NCBI GenBank assembly: GCA_016281805.1
Contig: JAEEJJ010000130.1
Span: forward strand, 1-51,598
From: Clostridiales bacterium
GTDB taxonomy: Bacteria > Bacillota > Clostridia > Oscillospirales > UBA644
DNA length: 51,598 nucleotides
Direction: 5' to 3'
Position 1 is the first letter of the stretch, and every line of letters starts with the position of its first letter. Made by a program: the position numbers and the translations under genes. Shown here piece by piece: positions 25,898 to 36,722 of this stretch. The notes beneath the pieces were generated by a model. That model did not search any database. It worked only from the letters and a program-made list of their open reading frames with translations, and had not been told where the DNA came from.

Positions 25898-26440
25898 TTA
25901 TTTTGAATTGAATGGAAGCAGCTTCGCTTTATCAAGAGCGAACATGATAAGCGGGATCAAAACGAGCTGAACTATAATGCCGGGAACGGCGTTTGTGAAG
26001 GCGCCTGCGATAAAAGCGGCAAATGTAAACTCTTTACCCGAGGATGAAAGAAGGATATACTGAGCAACGCCCCATAGAAGTCTGCCTGCAAGCATACCTG
26101 CGACAAGCGAAACATATACGCTGAGTATATTTTTGCGTTTAAAAAGGAGGTAAATAAGACCGGTGATCAAGCCGTAAGTGAGAAGTTCGAATGCCATAGC
26201 TACGGCTGTAGGAAACATCGGAGGCATTGTAAAGAGAAGGGAACGAATAATCGGAAGAGCAACGCCTATCATGGCGGCATACTGCCATCCGCAGATAAGA
26301 GCGCAAAGGAAAACAGGCAGATGCATAGGGAGAAGCATTGAACCGATAGCGGGGATTTGTCCCGTCAAAAAAGGAAGAACGAGACCGAGCGCAAAGAACA
26401 TTGCGGTCAATACGATTTTATAAACGATACGATTTTTCAT
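25898..26440 (-). CDS. ECF-transporter S-component-like membrane protein (substrate unknown)
   Basis: 180 aa with about 5-6 TM helices and an ECF_trnsprt-like pattern. No riboswitch was seen upstream. Confidence 0.55.
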   Translation of the reverse strand: MKNRIVYKIVLTAMFFALGLVLPFLTGQIPAIGSMLLPMHLPVFLCALICGWQYAAMIGVALPIIRSLLFTMPPMFPTAVAMAFELLTYGLITGLIYLLFKRKNILSVYVSLVAGMLAGRLLWGVAQYILLSSSGKEFTFAAFIAGAFTNAVPGIIVQLVLIPLIMFALDKAKLLPFNSK

Positions 26441-26463
26441 TTAAATTTATTCCGATCTTATAT

Positions 26464-27630
26464 TTATGATTTATTTCGCGGAGTATATCCGAGCTTGATA
26501 AAATTAGTATCTTCCGAAAGAGTTTTTGCGTTGTATATAACAATAACAACATCCGGATCCAGCGAAGAAACATATTCGGTAAGATTTTCGTTTATGTAGC
26601 GAGGGTCTATCATATGGATCGTGCTGAAATGCGCAATAAAAAACGGCAGCATGCAATGTGTATATGAATCTTTAATAAAAACGGCTGTTTTGGGTGTGCC
26701 GGAGTTTGTTGTAACAGTAAGATGCGCCGGATTGCCTGACATAAAATAAGAATACTTATCTTTTTTGGAGAGATAGCTTTCATCATATAACGATGATTTG
26801 TTTTCTCCGTCCGATACAACGGAATAAGAGGTCTGATCTTTCAGATCGAAGCGAGTGATCGTATCCGGAGCGACCGGAAAATTGCCTTTTGAAAACAATG
26901 TTCCGTAAAAACTGCTGATTATTGGCGTGATATCGTAATCTTCGATATTATTTGGAGTGATGCCGATAGAGCTGCATATCGTCTGATAAGCGTAAAATGC
27001 ACCGAGAGTTGTCCAGTGATGGTCTGTGCGGTAATAAATGTATTCATCCTTTTTCGCTTCAAGCGTCGGAATGAGATCGATCGTTGTGACAGAGGAAGGA
27101 AGTGAAGAATAAAAGCGGTCGATATATGCGCGCTGATTTGAAAGCGTTTTGCCGTTATACTCTTTTTCAGCTGGAGCAAAGGCAGGAATTTTGCTGCCGT
27201 AAACAGCTATGGAATTAGGAACAACAGCGAAATAAACCGGGACATCAAGACGTTGTGAAAACAAAGTAAGAGCGTTTATCTGTTTATCCATTCGGTCAGT
27301 ATCGATATTTTCAAACTTTTCAAAAAGATAGCCGTCTTTACCGATATAAACGCCGTTAATATCCCGTTTGCAAAGAGCATACATTGAAACGGCAGTATTG
27401 GAGCGGACAAAAAAATCACGGAAAGGAAACTGATCTGTAATATAGCTTTCAAAGCCTGACTCAAACGAGCCGTCCGTAACTGAAGTTAATGATATTTTCG
27501 GAGCTTTTGAAAGGACCCTGTTTTCACTTTCCGAAAAATCGGTATCTGGCAAAGCAATAAAAAGAATCCCGAAGCCGAAAATAAAAATAATAAAGAGGAC
27601 AGAAAGAACAATATCTGATTTTTTCAACAT
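26464..27630 (-). CDS. DHHW-family membrane-anchored protein
   Basis: Motif YYRTDHHWT and an N-terminal TM segment. I chose the ATG at 27630 because the longer track ORF runs through the divergent promoter region. Confidence 0.7.
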   Translation of the reverse strand: MLKKSDIVLSVLFIIFIFGFGILFIALPDTDFSESENRVLSKAPKISLTSVTDGSFESGFESYITDQFPFRDFFVRSNTAVSMYALCKRDINGVYIGKDGYLFEKFENIDTDRMDKQINALTLFSQRLDVPVYFAVVPNSIAVYGSKIPAFAPAEKEYNGKTLSNQRAYIDRFYSSLPSSVTTIDLIPTLEAKKDEYIYYRTDHHWTTLGAFYAYQTICSSIGITPNNIEDYDITPIISSFYGTLFSKGNFPVAPDTITRFDLKDQTSYSVVSDGENKSSLYDESYLSKKDKYSYFMSGNPAHLTVTTNSGTPKTAVFIKDSYTHCMLPFFIAHFSTIHMIDPRYINENLTEYVSSLDPDVVIVIYNAKTLSEDTNFIKLGYTPRNKS

Positions 27631-27686
27631 TTGAACACCGCCTGATATAAATAAGAAAAGCTGCCTGAGAAACGAATTAAAGCAAC

Positions 27687-27715
27687 TTGACATTATCGTT
27701 AAAATTTGATATAAT
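27687..27715 (+). promoter_or_regulatory. promoter (TTGACA-17-TATAAT)
   Basis: Perfect hexamers at 27687-27692 and 27710-27715. Confidence 0.65.
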
Positions 27716-27753
27716 AGCCATATTGAAAAATACAGGCAAAAGGAAGTTTTTTT

Positions 27754-28881
27754 TTGAATACAAGAACACGCATTCCTCCGCGAGGGCAGAGACAGCAACA
27801 GCTTGAACGTCAAAGAAGACTATACGAACAGAGGAAAAAAGAGATACGAAGGCGAAAAAGGAATCTTCTGATCAAGCGAATCTCATTTTTTGCAGTTCTT
27901 GCCGTTATTGCCGTTTTGATCGTATGGATGATAATGAGCTTTATTGATATCAACTCAAAAAATCATTCGGAAAGCAGCGGAAAAAGCATAACCGACAACA
28001 ATCCCGAAGGAAACGATACTGAAGACGTACCGGACGACGGTCACAGCAGCGAATTTGATCTGTCCGCGCTGATAGACCCGTCAACATTGAATCCAAACGA
28101 TAAAATAGATCTGTATTACAAAATTGACCAGGTTTTACCTACGGTTTATGAATCTGAAAAAGCACATTACAAAACGTTTGCACAGGATAACCCGATCCTT
28201 GGTTCAAACAAGGAAACGCGGGTTATAGTTATCGACGCAGGACATCAGGACGAAACGCGTAAATCGGACGTATGGCTGTCACCGTATATAGATCCATCGA
28301 AAACCACATCGTGGGTGCATAATTCTCTGCTTACGATCGGAACAGAAGGGACCAAAACCAAAATTCCGGAATATGAAACGACACATGAGATCGCCGGCAA
28401 ATTAAAATCCGCGCTTGAGGCTTACGGATACAAGGTTCTTTTAAGCCATCCTGATATAAAAGAAAAACTCTCCGGAGCAGAACGGGCTGCCGTTGCGAAC
28501 AGAAACAATGCTGATCTGATGATCTCGCTGCATTGTAATTCATATGATAAAGATCCGAAACAGAGCGGCGCACTCGTACTTGTTCCGAAGATATGGGCAG
28601 GATATCCAAGCGAACGGCTCGAATATTTATCAAAGCACGCGGCAACCGTTATTTTAGAAGAATATGCAAAAGCAACAGGGCTGAAAAACAGAGGTCTTAA
28701 CCCGATAGATAAGACATCGATGTTTGCGTTCTGCAAAGTTCCGATACTTCTTCTTGAAATGGGATTTTCATCATGTCCGTCTGACGATAAAGCGATGAAT
28801 GACCCGGAATTTCAGAAAAAAATCGTGGAAGGAATAGTAAACGGAATAAATAAATACTTTTCGCTTATTGAGATTTCATAA
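27754..28881 (+). CDS. membrane-anchored N-acetylmuramoyl-L-alanine amidase (Amidase_3 type)
   Basis: TTG start after AGGAAG. Arg/Lys-rich N-terminus plus a TM segment. Contains VIVIDAGHQ, ADLMISLHCNS and LLLEMGF. Confidence 0.8.
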   Translation: MNTRTRIPPRGQRQQQLERQRRLYEQRKKEIRRRKRNLLIKRISFFAVLAVIAVLIVWMIMSFIDINSKNHSESSGKSITDNNPEGNDTEDVPDDGHSSEFDLSALIDPSTLNPNDKIDLYYKIDQVLPTVYESEKAHYKTFAQDNPILGSNKETRVIVIDAGHQDETRKSDVWLSPYIDPSKTTSWVHNSLLTIGTEGTKTKIPEYETTHEIAGKLKSALEAYGYKVLLSHPDIKEKLSGAERAAVANRNNADLMISLHCNSYDKDPKQSGALVLVPKIWAGYPSERLEYLSKHAATVILEEYAKATGLKNRGLNPIDKTSMFAFCKVPILLLEMGFSSCPSDDKAMNDPEFQKKIVEGIVNGINKYFSLIEIS

Positions 28882-28894
28882 TTAAACATGACAC

Positions 28895-28925
28895 GGCAAC
28901 CGATAATACGGTTGCCTCTTTTTTT
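28895..28925 (+). terminator. rho-independent terminator
   Basis: Stem GGCAACCG / CGGTTGCC followed by TCTTTTTTT. Confidence 0.75.
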
Positions 28926-30108
28926 ACAGGATTTCGCGTCCCCCGTCCCCTGCTTCGCTTATATAGAAAGCGGGAACGATGCCGGTGCGGGATTCATAAT
29001 TTTTGCCGACTTCAGAGATAAAATCGTCGATAGCGTAATCGGCAACAATGCTGACTGTGCATCCGCCGAAGCCTGCTCCCGTCATTCTTGAACCGATACA
29101 GCCTTCGATAGCGAGACTTTCTTCTACCATTATATCGAGATGCGGACCCGTCACCTCATAAAGATCACGGAGAGAAATATGAGAAGCAGTCATAAGATTT
29201 CCAAAAGAACGGATATCGCCCGAATTGAGCGCCTCGACAGATTTCAGAACTCTGTCGCATTCATAAATAACATGTTCCGCTCTCATGCGGCATATATCGT
29301 CGAGAACAAGTGTTTTGGCGTTTTCAAACTGTTCGGCGCTGATATCGCGAAGACATTCAGCCTCGGGATAAGCCAGTTTCAGCTGAGAAAGAGCCTCTTC
29401 GCACTGTGCTCGTCTTTCATTATATTTTGATTCGGCAAGAGAACGTTTTTTATTCGTATTGCCTATAACGATTTTGTAACCGTTAAGATCGAGCGGAACG
29501 TATTTGAAGCTGAGATCTTTGCAATCAAGAAAAACTGCATGATTTTTTCTGCCCATAGCAGAAGCAAACTGATCCATAATGCCGCAGTTTACGCCACAGT
29601 ATGTGTTTTCTGCTTTTTGCGATATTTTGGCAAGCTCGATCATATTTGGCTTATCGGTAACTCCCTGCTCATATGAAAACTGTGCAATAACGAGTGCCAT
29701 AACAACTTCAATAGCGGCGGAAGATGAGAGGCCCGCGCCAAACGGAACAGTATCGTCATAAAGAATATCGCAGGAAGAGATCAGATAACCGCTTTGCTGC
29801 ATAACATACGCTACTCCTGCCTGATAGTTGCCCCATTTAAGATCTTTATAGTCAGCAAGTTTACTGATATCAAGGCAGACCCTGTCTGGGAGATCGGTGG
29901 CGGCAATGCGAATAAATCCGCTGTCGTTTCTTCTGACAGCTACGGTAGAAGACTGAGAAAGCGCGGCGGGAAAAACAAACCCTCCGTTATAGTCAGTATG
30001 TTCACCGATAAGATTTACGCGTCCCGGAGAAGAAAAAACTCTTACATCCAAAGGATCGCCGCCGTATAACTCGATAAATTTAGTGATTATTTCGTTTTTG
30101 TCTGTCAT
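28924..30108 (-). CDS. galK: galactokinase
   Basis: Contains GRVNLIGEHTDYNGG and GAGLSSSAA. 394 aa. Confidence 0.95.
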   Translation of the reverse strand: MTDKNEIITKFIELYGGDPLDVRVFSSPGRVNLIGEHTDYNGGFVFPAALSQSSTVAVRRNDSGFIRIAATDLPDRVCLDISKLADYKDLKWGNYQAGVAYVMQQSGYLISSCDILYDDTVPFGAGLSSSAAIEVVMALVIAQFSYEQGVTDKPNMIELAKISQKAENTYCGVNCGIMDQFASAMGRKNHAVFLDCKDLSFKYVPLDLNGYKIVIGNTNKKRSLAESKYNERRAQCEEALSQLKLAYPEAECLRDISAEQFENAKTLVLDDICRMRAEHVIYECDRVLKSVEALNSGDIRSFGNLMTASHISLRDLYEVTGPHLDIMVEESLAIEGCIGSRMTGAGFGGCTVSIVADYAIDDFISEVGKNYESRTGIVPAFYISEAGDGGREIL

Positions 30109-30276
30109 GATACAGTCAACCTTTCGTTTAACAATGTGAATGATCCGATAATAACCTATTTTAATTGACTCCCTATATTATACTATAAAAAATAAAAAAA
30201 ATCAATAGTAGTTACGCCATTCGCCAAAAATTCACAAACAGACAGAAATTACACCATTGCTGGTGCAATATTTCTA

Positions 30277-30305
30277 TTGACTTTTTTTTAAAAATACAAT
30301 ATAAT
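30277..30305 (+). promoter_or_regulatory. araB promoter (TTGACT-17-TATAAT)
   Basis: Hexamers at 30277-30282 and 30300-30305. Confidence 0.6.
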
Positions 30306-30348
30306 TGTCTTATGATACTTAATATTATTATCGGAGGTTTTGTTTTTT

Positions 30349-32016
30349 ATGAAATACACTCTGGGAATTGATTTCGGAACACTTTCGGGAAGAGCCGCGC
30401 TGTTTAAAGTAGGATCGCCCGAAGAAATATGCTGTTCCGTAATGGAATATCCTCATGCCGTTATTTCGACAGGATCAGAATTTGCAAATAAAATGTTCGG
30501 CGGTCTTCCTCAGGATTTTGCATTGCAGCATCCGCAGGATTATATAGACGTATTAAAAAATACGATCCCCGATGTTATAAAAAAGAGCGGTGTAAAAGCC
30601 GAGGATATAATCGGGTTAGGCATTGATTTTACCGCATGCACGATGCTTCCGATCAAAAAAGACGGAACGCCTCTTTGTTTTACAGATAAATTCAAGAGCA
30701 ATCCCTATGCATATGTAAAACTGTGGAAACACCATGCTGCTCAGGATAAAGCAAACAGACTCAACGAGATCGCTCATGAACGCTGCGAAAAATGGATAAA
30801 TTCATACGGAGGAAAGATTTCTTCCGAATGGATGTTCCCGAAGATATGGGAAACTCTCGACAAAGCGCCTGAAGTTTATGAAGCGGCAGACTCGTTTGTT
30901 GAAGCTGCCGACTGGGTAATAAGTCGGCTATGCGGAAAAGAGACGAAAAATTCATGCACTGCCGGCTATAAGGCTATGTGGAATAAAAAATACGGATATC
31001 CGTCAAAAGAATTCTTTGCGTCACTTGATAAAAGACTTGAAAATGTGATCGAAGAAAAGTTTTCGTGTCCCGTTTCGCCTATTGGTTCAAAGGCGGGTGA
31101 AATCACAAAAGAAGCAGCCGAAATGACCGGACTTCGTGAAGGATGCGCTGTTGCGGTTGCAAATGTTGACGCTCATGTTACCGTTCCTGCGCTGGGGATG
31201 AAAGAGAAGGGCAATATGCTTATGATCATGGGCACATCAACATGTCACATGCTGCTTTCCGACGAAGACAGATATGTTCCCGGTATCTGCGGTTCGGTCG
31301 AAGACGGTATTTTGCCGGGAATGATAGGATATGAGGCAGGACAGAGCTGTGTTGGAGACAGTTTTGCGTGGTTTACGGAAAACATGCTCTCAGAGGAATA
31401 TAAAGCTGAAGCAGAAAGCAGAGGAATATCTCCGCAGCAGCTGCTTGCAGAAAAAGCTGCGAAAATTCCTGCAGGCAAAAGCGGACTTCTTGCCCTTGAC
31501 TGGTGGAACGGCAACAGATCCATACTTGTTGACGTGGATCTGTCGGGAATGATACTGGGAATGACACTTGCCACAAAGCCGGAAGAAATATATAAGGCGC
31601 TCGTTGAATCAACGGCGTACGGAACAAGAATGATCATTGAAAACTTTGAGACGCACGGAGTACCCGTTACAGGGCTGTATGCTGCCGGCGGAATTGCAGT
31701 TAAAAGCCCTGAAACGATGCAGATATATGCAGATGTTACGGGTTTTGAGATCAAAATAAGCGGTTCTTCGCAGGCTCCTGCTTTAGGCTCCGCGATATTC
31801 GGCGCAGTTGCTGCAGGAAAAGAAAAAGGCGGATATGATTCAGTTTTTGAGGCCGCAGAACAAATGGGATCTCTGAGCGATATAACATATATTCCAAATA
31901 AAAAATTAAAGGCAGTTTACGACAAGCTGTTTGCCGAATATAAAATTCTTCACGACTATTTCGGTCGCGGTCAAAACGATGTGATGAAAAGACTGAAAAA
32001 GCTGAAAGATGAATAA
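30349..32016 (+). CDS. araB: L-ribulokinase
   Basis: Contains [17 protein letters not shown], has FGGY-kinase architecture, and is about 555 aa. The ATG at 30349 follows GGAGG. Confidence 0.9.
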   Translation: MKYTLGIDFGTLSGRAALFKVGSPEEICCSVMEYPHAVISTGSEFANKMFGGLPQDFALQHPQDYIDVLKNTIPDVIKKSGVKAEDIIGLGIDFTACTMLPIKKDGTPLCFTDKFKSNPYAYVKLWKHHAAQDKANRLNEIAHERCEKWINSYGGKISSEWMFPKIWETLDKAPEVYEAADSFVEAADWVISRLCGKETKNSCTAGYKAMWNKKYGYPSKEFFASLDKRLENVIEEKFSCPVSPIGSKAGEITKEAAEMTGLREGCAVAVANVDAHVTVPALGMKEKGNMLMIMGTSTCHMLLSDEDRYVPGICGSVEDGILPGMIGYEAGQSCVGDSFAWFTENMLSEEYKAEAESRGISPQQLLAEKAAKIPAGKSGLLALDWWNGNRSILVDVDLSGMILGMTLATKPEEIYKALVESTAYGTRMIIENFETHGVPVTGLYAAGGIAVKSPETMQIYADVTGFEIKISGSSQAPALGSAIFGAVAAGKEKGGYDSVFEAAEQMGSLSDITYIPNKKLKAVYDKLFAEYKILHDYFGRGQNDVMKRLKKLKDE

Positions 32017-32022
32017 TTACAG

Positions 32023-33933
32023 GTGATCATTATGAAAAAAATACAGGAAATATCTGTCAAAAACTATAAATCTGATGGCTTTATCAAAAAATATCAGGAA
32101 CTCGTTCATAATGTTATGATCCCCTATCAATACAAGGTATTGAAGGATGAAATAGACGGAGTTGAAAAAAGCGGCGCGATAGAAAACTTTATCAATGCCG
32201 GAAAAGCGCTCCGAGGAGAAGAACACGGCAGTTTTTACGGGATGGTATTTCAGGACAGCGACGTTGCAAAATGGATAGAGGCCGCGGCGTATTCGGTTTC
32301 TGTTTTTCAGGACAAAGAGCTTGAAGAAAAGATCGATGAAGTTGTTGACTTAGTTGCGAATGCCCAGGACAGCGACGGATATCTCGACACAAGATTTACG
32401 ATATCCCAGAGGGAAAGACGCTGGCAGAATCTTCTTGAAGCGCATGAGCTTTATTGTGCGGGACATATGATGGAAGCGGCATGTGCGTATTATGAGGCAA
32501 CGGGAAAAAGAAAGCTTCTTGATGTTGCAGAAAAAAATGCGGAGCATATTTACCGCCATTTTATAACCGACAAAGCAGAAGGATTTCCCGGTCATCCCGA
32601 AATCGAGCTTGCGCTCATGAAAGTGTATGAGGTCACAGGAAATAAGCACTGTCTTGAACTTGCAAAGCATTTTATCGACTGCCGCGGCGTTGATCCGCAC
32701 TTCTATGAAAAAGAGATAAAAACGCGTGACTGGTATATATGGGGAAACAATCCGTCTGATTATGCGTATCAGCAATCAGATACGCCGCTAAGACAGCTTT
32801 CCGACGCAAAAGGACACGCCGTGAGAGCAGGATATCTGTATTCGGGAATGAAGGATGTGGCAACCGAAACGGACGATAAAGAGCTTTCAGAAGCGTGCAA
32901 AAGGCTCTGGAACAGTATTACACAAAAGCGTATGTATATAACAGGCGGTATAGGTTCAACATGTCACGGAGAAGCTTTTTCAGCGGATTATGATCTGCCG
33001 TCAGACACAGTATACGCCGAAACATGCGCTTCGATAGCGCTTATGATGTTTGCGGAAAGAATGCTTGCTGACGAGATCAACGGTGAATATGGCGATGTGA
33101 TGGAAACCGCATTTTACAACACAGTTCTTTCAGGTATTCAGACAGACGGAAAGGAATTTTTCTACGTCAATCCTCTTGAGGCAGTGCCTGGAATTTCCGA
33201 AGTTGCCCAGACTCAACGCCACATAAGACTGACGCGTTTCGGATGGCACGCATGTGCATGCTGTCCTCCGAATGCTGCAAGGCTTATATCCTCAATAGGC
33301 AAATACGCATATGGAGAAAAGGACGATACGGTTTTCTGTAACCTGTATGCGGCGGGTGAAGTATTATTTAAAAACGGAATGAAGCTTTATTGCAAAACGG
33401 AGTATCCGTATTCGGGAAAAATAAGATATAATATCGAGGGAAACGGCAATATTGCAATCAGGATACCCGCATGGAGCAAGAAATTCAAAGCAGCAAAAAA
33501 CGGCTGCGAGCTTTCTGTTGATAACAATAACGGATATATTTTTATCAGCGCGCAAAACGGCGATGAAATAACTCTGACGCTTGATATTTCGCCAAGATAT
33601 GTTTACGCGTCGGAAAAAGTCCCCGCGCTTTCAGGCAAAGCTGCAATATGCGCAGGACCTCTTGTATACTGTTTTGAAGGCGTTGACAACAATGACGATG
33701 TTCTCTCTCTCATTTTCGACACAAACAGCTCTCCGCATCTTGATGAATATGATGAAAAGCTGCTTTGCGGAACGAGAACGTTGACTGTTGCAGGCTTTAA
33801 ACGTGAAGCGCAGAACGCACTTTATTCTGACAGAGCACCAGCTCTTTTGAAAACAGAAATACACGGAATACCATACAGTCTGTGGGCAAACAGAGGAAAA
33901 AATCAGATGAGGGTATGGCTGCCTGTAAAATAA
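32023..33933 (+). CDS. GH127 beta-L-arabinofuranosidase
   Basis: 636 aa. The zinc/catalytic Cys motif GWHACACCPPNAARL and the DUF1680 layout are present. Confidence 0.85.
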   Translation: MIIMKKIQEISVKNYKSDGFIKKYQELVHNVMIPYQYKVLKDEIDGVEKSGAIENFINAGKALRGEEHGSFYGMVFQDSDVAKWIEAAAYSVSVFQDKELEEKIDEVVDLVANAQDSDGYLDTRFTISQRERRWQNLLEAHELYCAGHMMEAACAYYEATGKRKLLDVAEKNAEHIYRHFITDKAEGFPGHPEIELALMKVYEVTGNKHCLELAKHFIDCRGVDPHFYEKEIKTRDWYIWGNNPSDYAYQQSDTPLRQLSDAKGHAVRAGYLYSGMKDVATETDDKELSEACKRLWNSITQKRMYITGGIGSTCHGEAFSADYDLPSDTVYAETCASIALMMFAERMLADEINGEYGDVMETAFYNTVLSGIQTDGKEFFYVNPLEAVPGISEVAQTQRHIRLTRFGWHACACCPPNAARLISSIGKYAYGEKDDTVFCNLYAAGEVLFKNGMKLYCKTEYPYSGKIRYNIEGNGNIAIRIPAWSKKFKAAKNGCELSVDNNNGYIFISAQNGDEITLTLDISPRYVYASEKVPALSGKAAICAGPLVYCFEGVDNNDDVLSLIFDTNSSPHLDEYDEKLLCGTRTLTVAGFKREAQNALYSDRAPALLKTEIHGIPYSLWANRGKNQMRVWLPVK

Positions 33934-33969
33934 ATATTGCGTAATACGAAAAATCTCATGGTTTATATG

Positions 33970-33998
33970 TTGACAATAATTTTTGTTTATTGTATAAT
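33970..33998 (+). promoter_or_regulatory. promoter (TTGACA-17-TATAAT)
   Basis: Perfect hexamers at 33970-33975 and 33993-33998. Confidence 0.6.
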
Positions 33999-34037
33999 CA
34001 TTATACAGATAAATCATATGAGAAAGGAAATGCATAA

Positions 34038-35459
34038 ATGAAAAAAACAGTGTTTATGATTGCAGTATTGCTGACTGTTTCAATTCTTGTTTCATGTTCG
34101 GGCGGAAGCGAAGAAGTTTTTGACCAGACATTCGGATCGACGGAGCAGACAGACTGGAGCGGATACTCTTTTTACATACTTCAGACTGCCGACATAAATG
34201 AAAAACCGATGTATTATCTGCGAGACACGAATCTGGCAGACAATGCTTTGCAGAGACTTAAAGATGTTGCAAACAGGCATAACTGCGAGATCAATCTGAA
34301 ATATATAGGCGCGGACAATACCTTTAAAACGCTCCTTTCGGCAACTCTTGCAACGGGAGAATCGCTTGCCGACATTATCTTTACAGATCCTGCGCAGATA
34401 AGAGAGTTCGGAAATCTCGGCGGACTGACGGATATTGAACACGTTTCGGACTATATAGATATATACGACGAATCGAAATGGGGCGCACCGAACGACTGGG
34501 AATTTCTTATGTGCAAAGGAACGATGTGCGGCGTTGTTCCGGTTTCATGGATGAATATGGGACCCGCCATCTTTTATCCGATAATATTCAATTCGGATAT
34601 TACCGGTATGTCAGGATTTTACGATCTTCGCGAATTTTATGAAAACGGCGAATGGACAAGAGAAAAAATGATGGAAGTTGCCGTTGCATGCACTGACAAT
34701 ACAAGGGCAACGCCTATCAAGGGACTGGCGGCATGTCTGAAGCACTTTATCCGATCGGCACTTCTCAACAACGGAACAACATTTGCCGAATTTAACGACG
34801 ATGTTTCGGAATACCATTGCGGATGGACGTCGGAAGCGGGAATTGAAGCTTTGCAATGGGTAAAAGATGTTATTTCGAAATACGATGAATACATGCTTGA
34901 ATTCACAAACACGGGATACGGCGACTGGAATTATACAAACCCGTTTATGAACAATGAAGCGGCGATGCTTTTGACGTCATCGGGGGAAATATTCGATAAA
35001 ATTGCTTACAAGGTAAACAATTTCGGGCTTCTGCCGTTTCCTGCAGGTCCTTACGGAGATCCTGCAAAATATGTGGGATTCTATGAAAAAGCGGAAACGC
35101 TGTCAATTCCCCTTTACGCTAAAGAGGTTGAATGTTCGGCAATGCTGATAGATGAGATATTTTCTCCGCTTGAACAGTATCCGGACGCTGCATCGATAGA
35201 AAACTATTACGATACCAACATTTTCAGCGATCCAAGGGATTACAGAATACTGCTTGAAATGAGCAGAAACTGCAAATACAGTTTCTGGCCCGACGGCGGC
35301 GACGCGGTGCTCAACAGTCTGTATTCAAATCTTCCGCAGATGTCTCCAACTGAAGTTCTTGAAAAATACGGTGCTGTAAGCGATAAATGCATAATTGAGC
35401 AGATGATACCGTCGATCCTTACGATAAGAAGACTTTCGGGCGACGAAAATTATAAATAA
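34038..35459 (+). CDS. extracellular solute-binding lipoprotein, orphan (paralog of 14913-16331)
   Basis: Lipobox LVSC-S. It shares blocks with the other SBP (LQRLKDVANRHNCEINLKYIG versus LQRLRDVENKHNCKIEFRYVS). Confidence 0.75.
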   Translation: MKKTVFMIAVLLTVSILVSCSGGSEEVFDQTFGSTEQTDWSGYSFYILQTADINEKPMYYLRDTNLADNALQRLKDVANRHNCEINLKYIGADNTFKTLLSATLATGESLADIIFTDPAQIREFGNLGGLTDIEHVSDYIDIYDESKWGAPNDWEFLMCKGTMCGVVPVSWMNMGPAIFYPIIFNSDITGMSGFYDLREFYENGEWTREKMMEVAVACTDNTRATPIKGLAACLKHFIRSALLNNGTTFAEFNDDVSEYHCGWTSEAGIEALQWVKDVISKYDEYMLEFTNTGYGDWNYTNPFMNNEAAMLLTSSGEIFDKIAYKVNNFGLLPFPAGPYGDPAKYVGFYEKAETLSIPLYAKEVECSAMLIDEIFSPLEQYPDAASIENYYDTNIFSDPRDYRILLEMSRNCKYSFWPDGGDAVLNSLYSNLPQMSPTEVLEKYGAVSDKCIIEQMIPSILTIRRLSGDENYK

Positions 35460-35471
35460 ACAGGGAGAAAA

Positions 35472-35993
35472 ATGATAAACGACGACCAGCAAATAAAAAT
35501 GATGATTCTGTTTACCCTCAGATCGGCAGGATGTCCGCTTCCTTCGGTGACTATAGCGCAAATTCTGAATGAATGCGGTATCGGACAGATAGGAACTTCC
35601 GGCGAGCTTTATGATCTTGAAGAAAAAGGGCATGTTTCTCTGATCACAGATGACGACACTGAATATGCAGTATTGCAGAAAACAGGAACAGAGATCGTAA
35701 CGGCACTCGGCAGGGATCTTTCCCCTACCCTTCGCGAAAAAATCATCCTTGCAACGGCAAGAGAAGTGGCGAAGCTGAGAAAAGACCTCGGAGTATCCGC
35801 TTCATGCAGAGAAAAACCGGACGGAGGATTTGATGTTCTTTTTTCCCTGACCGACGAAGGTTCGCCTCTTATGGAGCTGACGATGTATGCTCCGACAAAA
35901 GCGCAGGCGGATATAATGATCTCAGCATTCAGGGATGATCCTTACAGAGTATACAGAGATATAATCACAAGCCTTTCAAATCGCGAAAGCTGA
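35472..35993 (+). CDS. DUF4364-like protein (putative winged-helix)
   Basis: The N-terminus IKMMILFTLRSAGCPLPSVTIAQIL resembles DUF4364. This is a weak call. Confidence 0.4.
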   Translation: MINDDQQIKMMILFTLRSAGCPLPSVTIAQILNECGIGQIGTSGELYDLEEKGHVSLITDDDTEYAVLQKTGTEIVTALGRDLSPTLREKIILATAREVAKLRKDLGVSASCREKPDGGFDVLFSLTDEGSPLMELTMYAPTKAQADIMISAFRDDPYRVYRDIITSLSNRES

Positions 35994-36104
35994 AAAAAAA
36001 AGAACGGCGAAAAATCCGATCATTATTCATTATACGATTTCGGTCGTTTCGTCGATAACCATAATGAAAATCAGATATGTTCGCCGTTCAAAAAAAATAT
36101 TGTT

Positions 36105-36698
36105 TTACATTTCCTTAAATTTCGGTATCAGTTTGTAAAGAGCTATCATGACCACGATACAGATCGCTATATCTGGGATCATATAAGCGCCGTTATATAC
36201 GATCGCCCATGTAAACGGAGAGAAGCCCTCCTCCGCCCACTCGCCGAAAAACAGATAACCCGAAACAAAGTGGGCCAAATACCTCAGCATTCCTGCGGTA
36301 AGCGTGCCGAGAATAACTCTGACAAGAGTTGTCTTTTTAAGCGTAAAAAAGCCGCAGACGCAGAGAACCGAAAAAGCAATAATATAGTCAATAATCAGGC
36401 AGCCGACAAAAACTGCCGGTGTAAGACCCCACGACGCAACAGCAGCCAGATCAAGAAGCAGCTGAACGACTGAGTAGCCAACGGCAACGGGAACGCCCCA
36501 TTTGGGTCCGTAAACGAAGGATACGAGCATTATTGGCACCATGCTTGCAATGGTAATGGAACCGCCCAGAGGCGCTTTGATCGTTGGAAAAATGCTTAAG
36601 ACCGTTGCCAGTGCGATCATGATCGCGCAAAGTGCAAGGCGTTTGAGATTGCTGTTTCTGTTTGTTTTTGCAACAGGATTTTGTTGCATGAAAATCAC
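36105..36698 (-). CDS. thiT: ECF S-component for thiamine (ThiT-like)
   Basis: 197-aa polytopic membrane protein lying directly behind a TPP riboswitch. Confidence 0.7.
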   Translation of the reverse strand: MIFMQQNPVAKTNRNSNLKRLALCAIMIALATVLSIFPTIKAPLGGSITIASMVPIMLVSFVYGPKWGVPVAVGYSVVQLLLDLAAVASWGLTPAVFVGCLIIDYIIAFSVLCVCGFFTLKKTTLVRVILGTLTAGMLRYLAHFVSGYLFFGEWAEEGFSPFTWAIVYNGAYMIPDIAICIVVMIALYKLIPKFKEM

Positions 36699-36722
36699 TC
36701 CTTAAAGCTTTTTAATCAATAT

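Noticed and set aside
27631-27813. 61-codon N-terminal extension of the DHHW gene.
   Set aside because: It overlaps the divergent consensus promoter and the start of the amidase gene. The ATG at 27630 is followed directly by the expected N-terminal TM segment.
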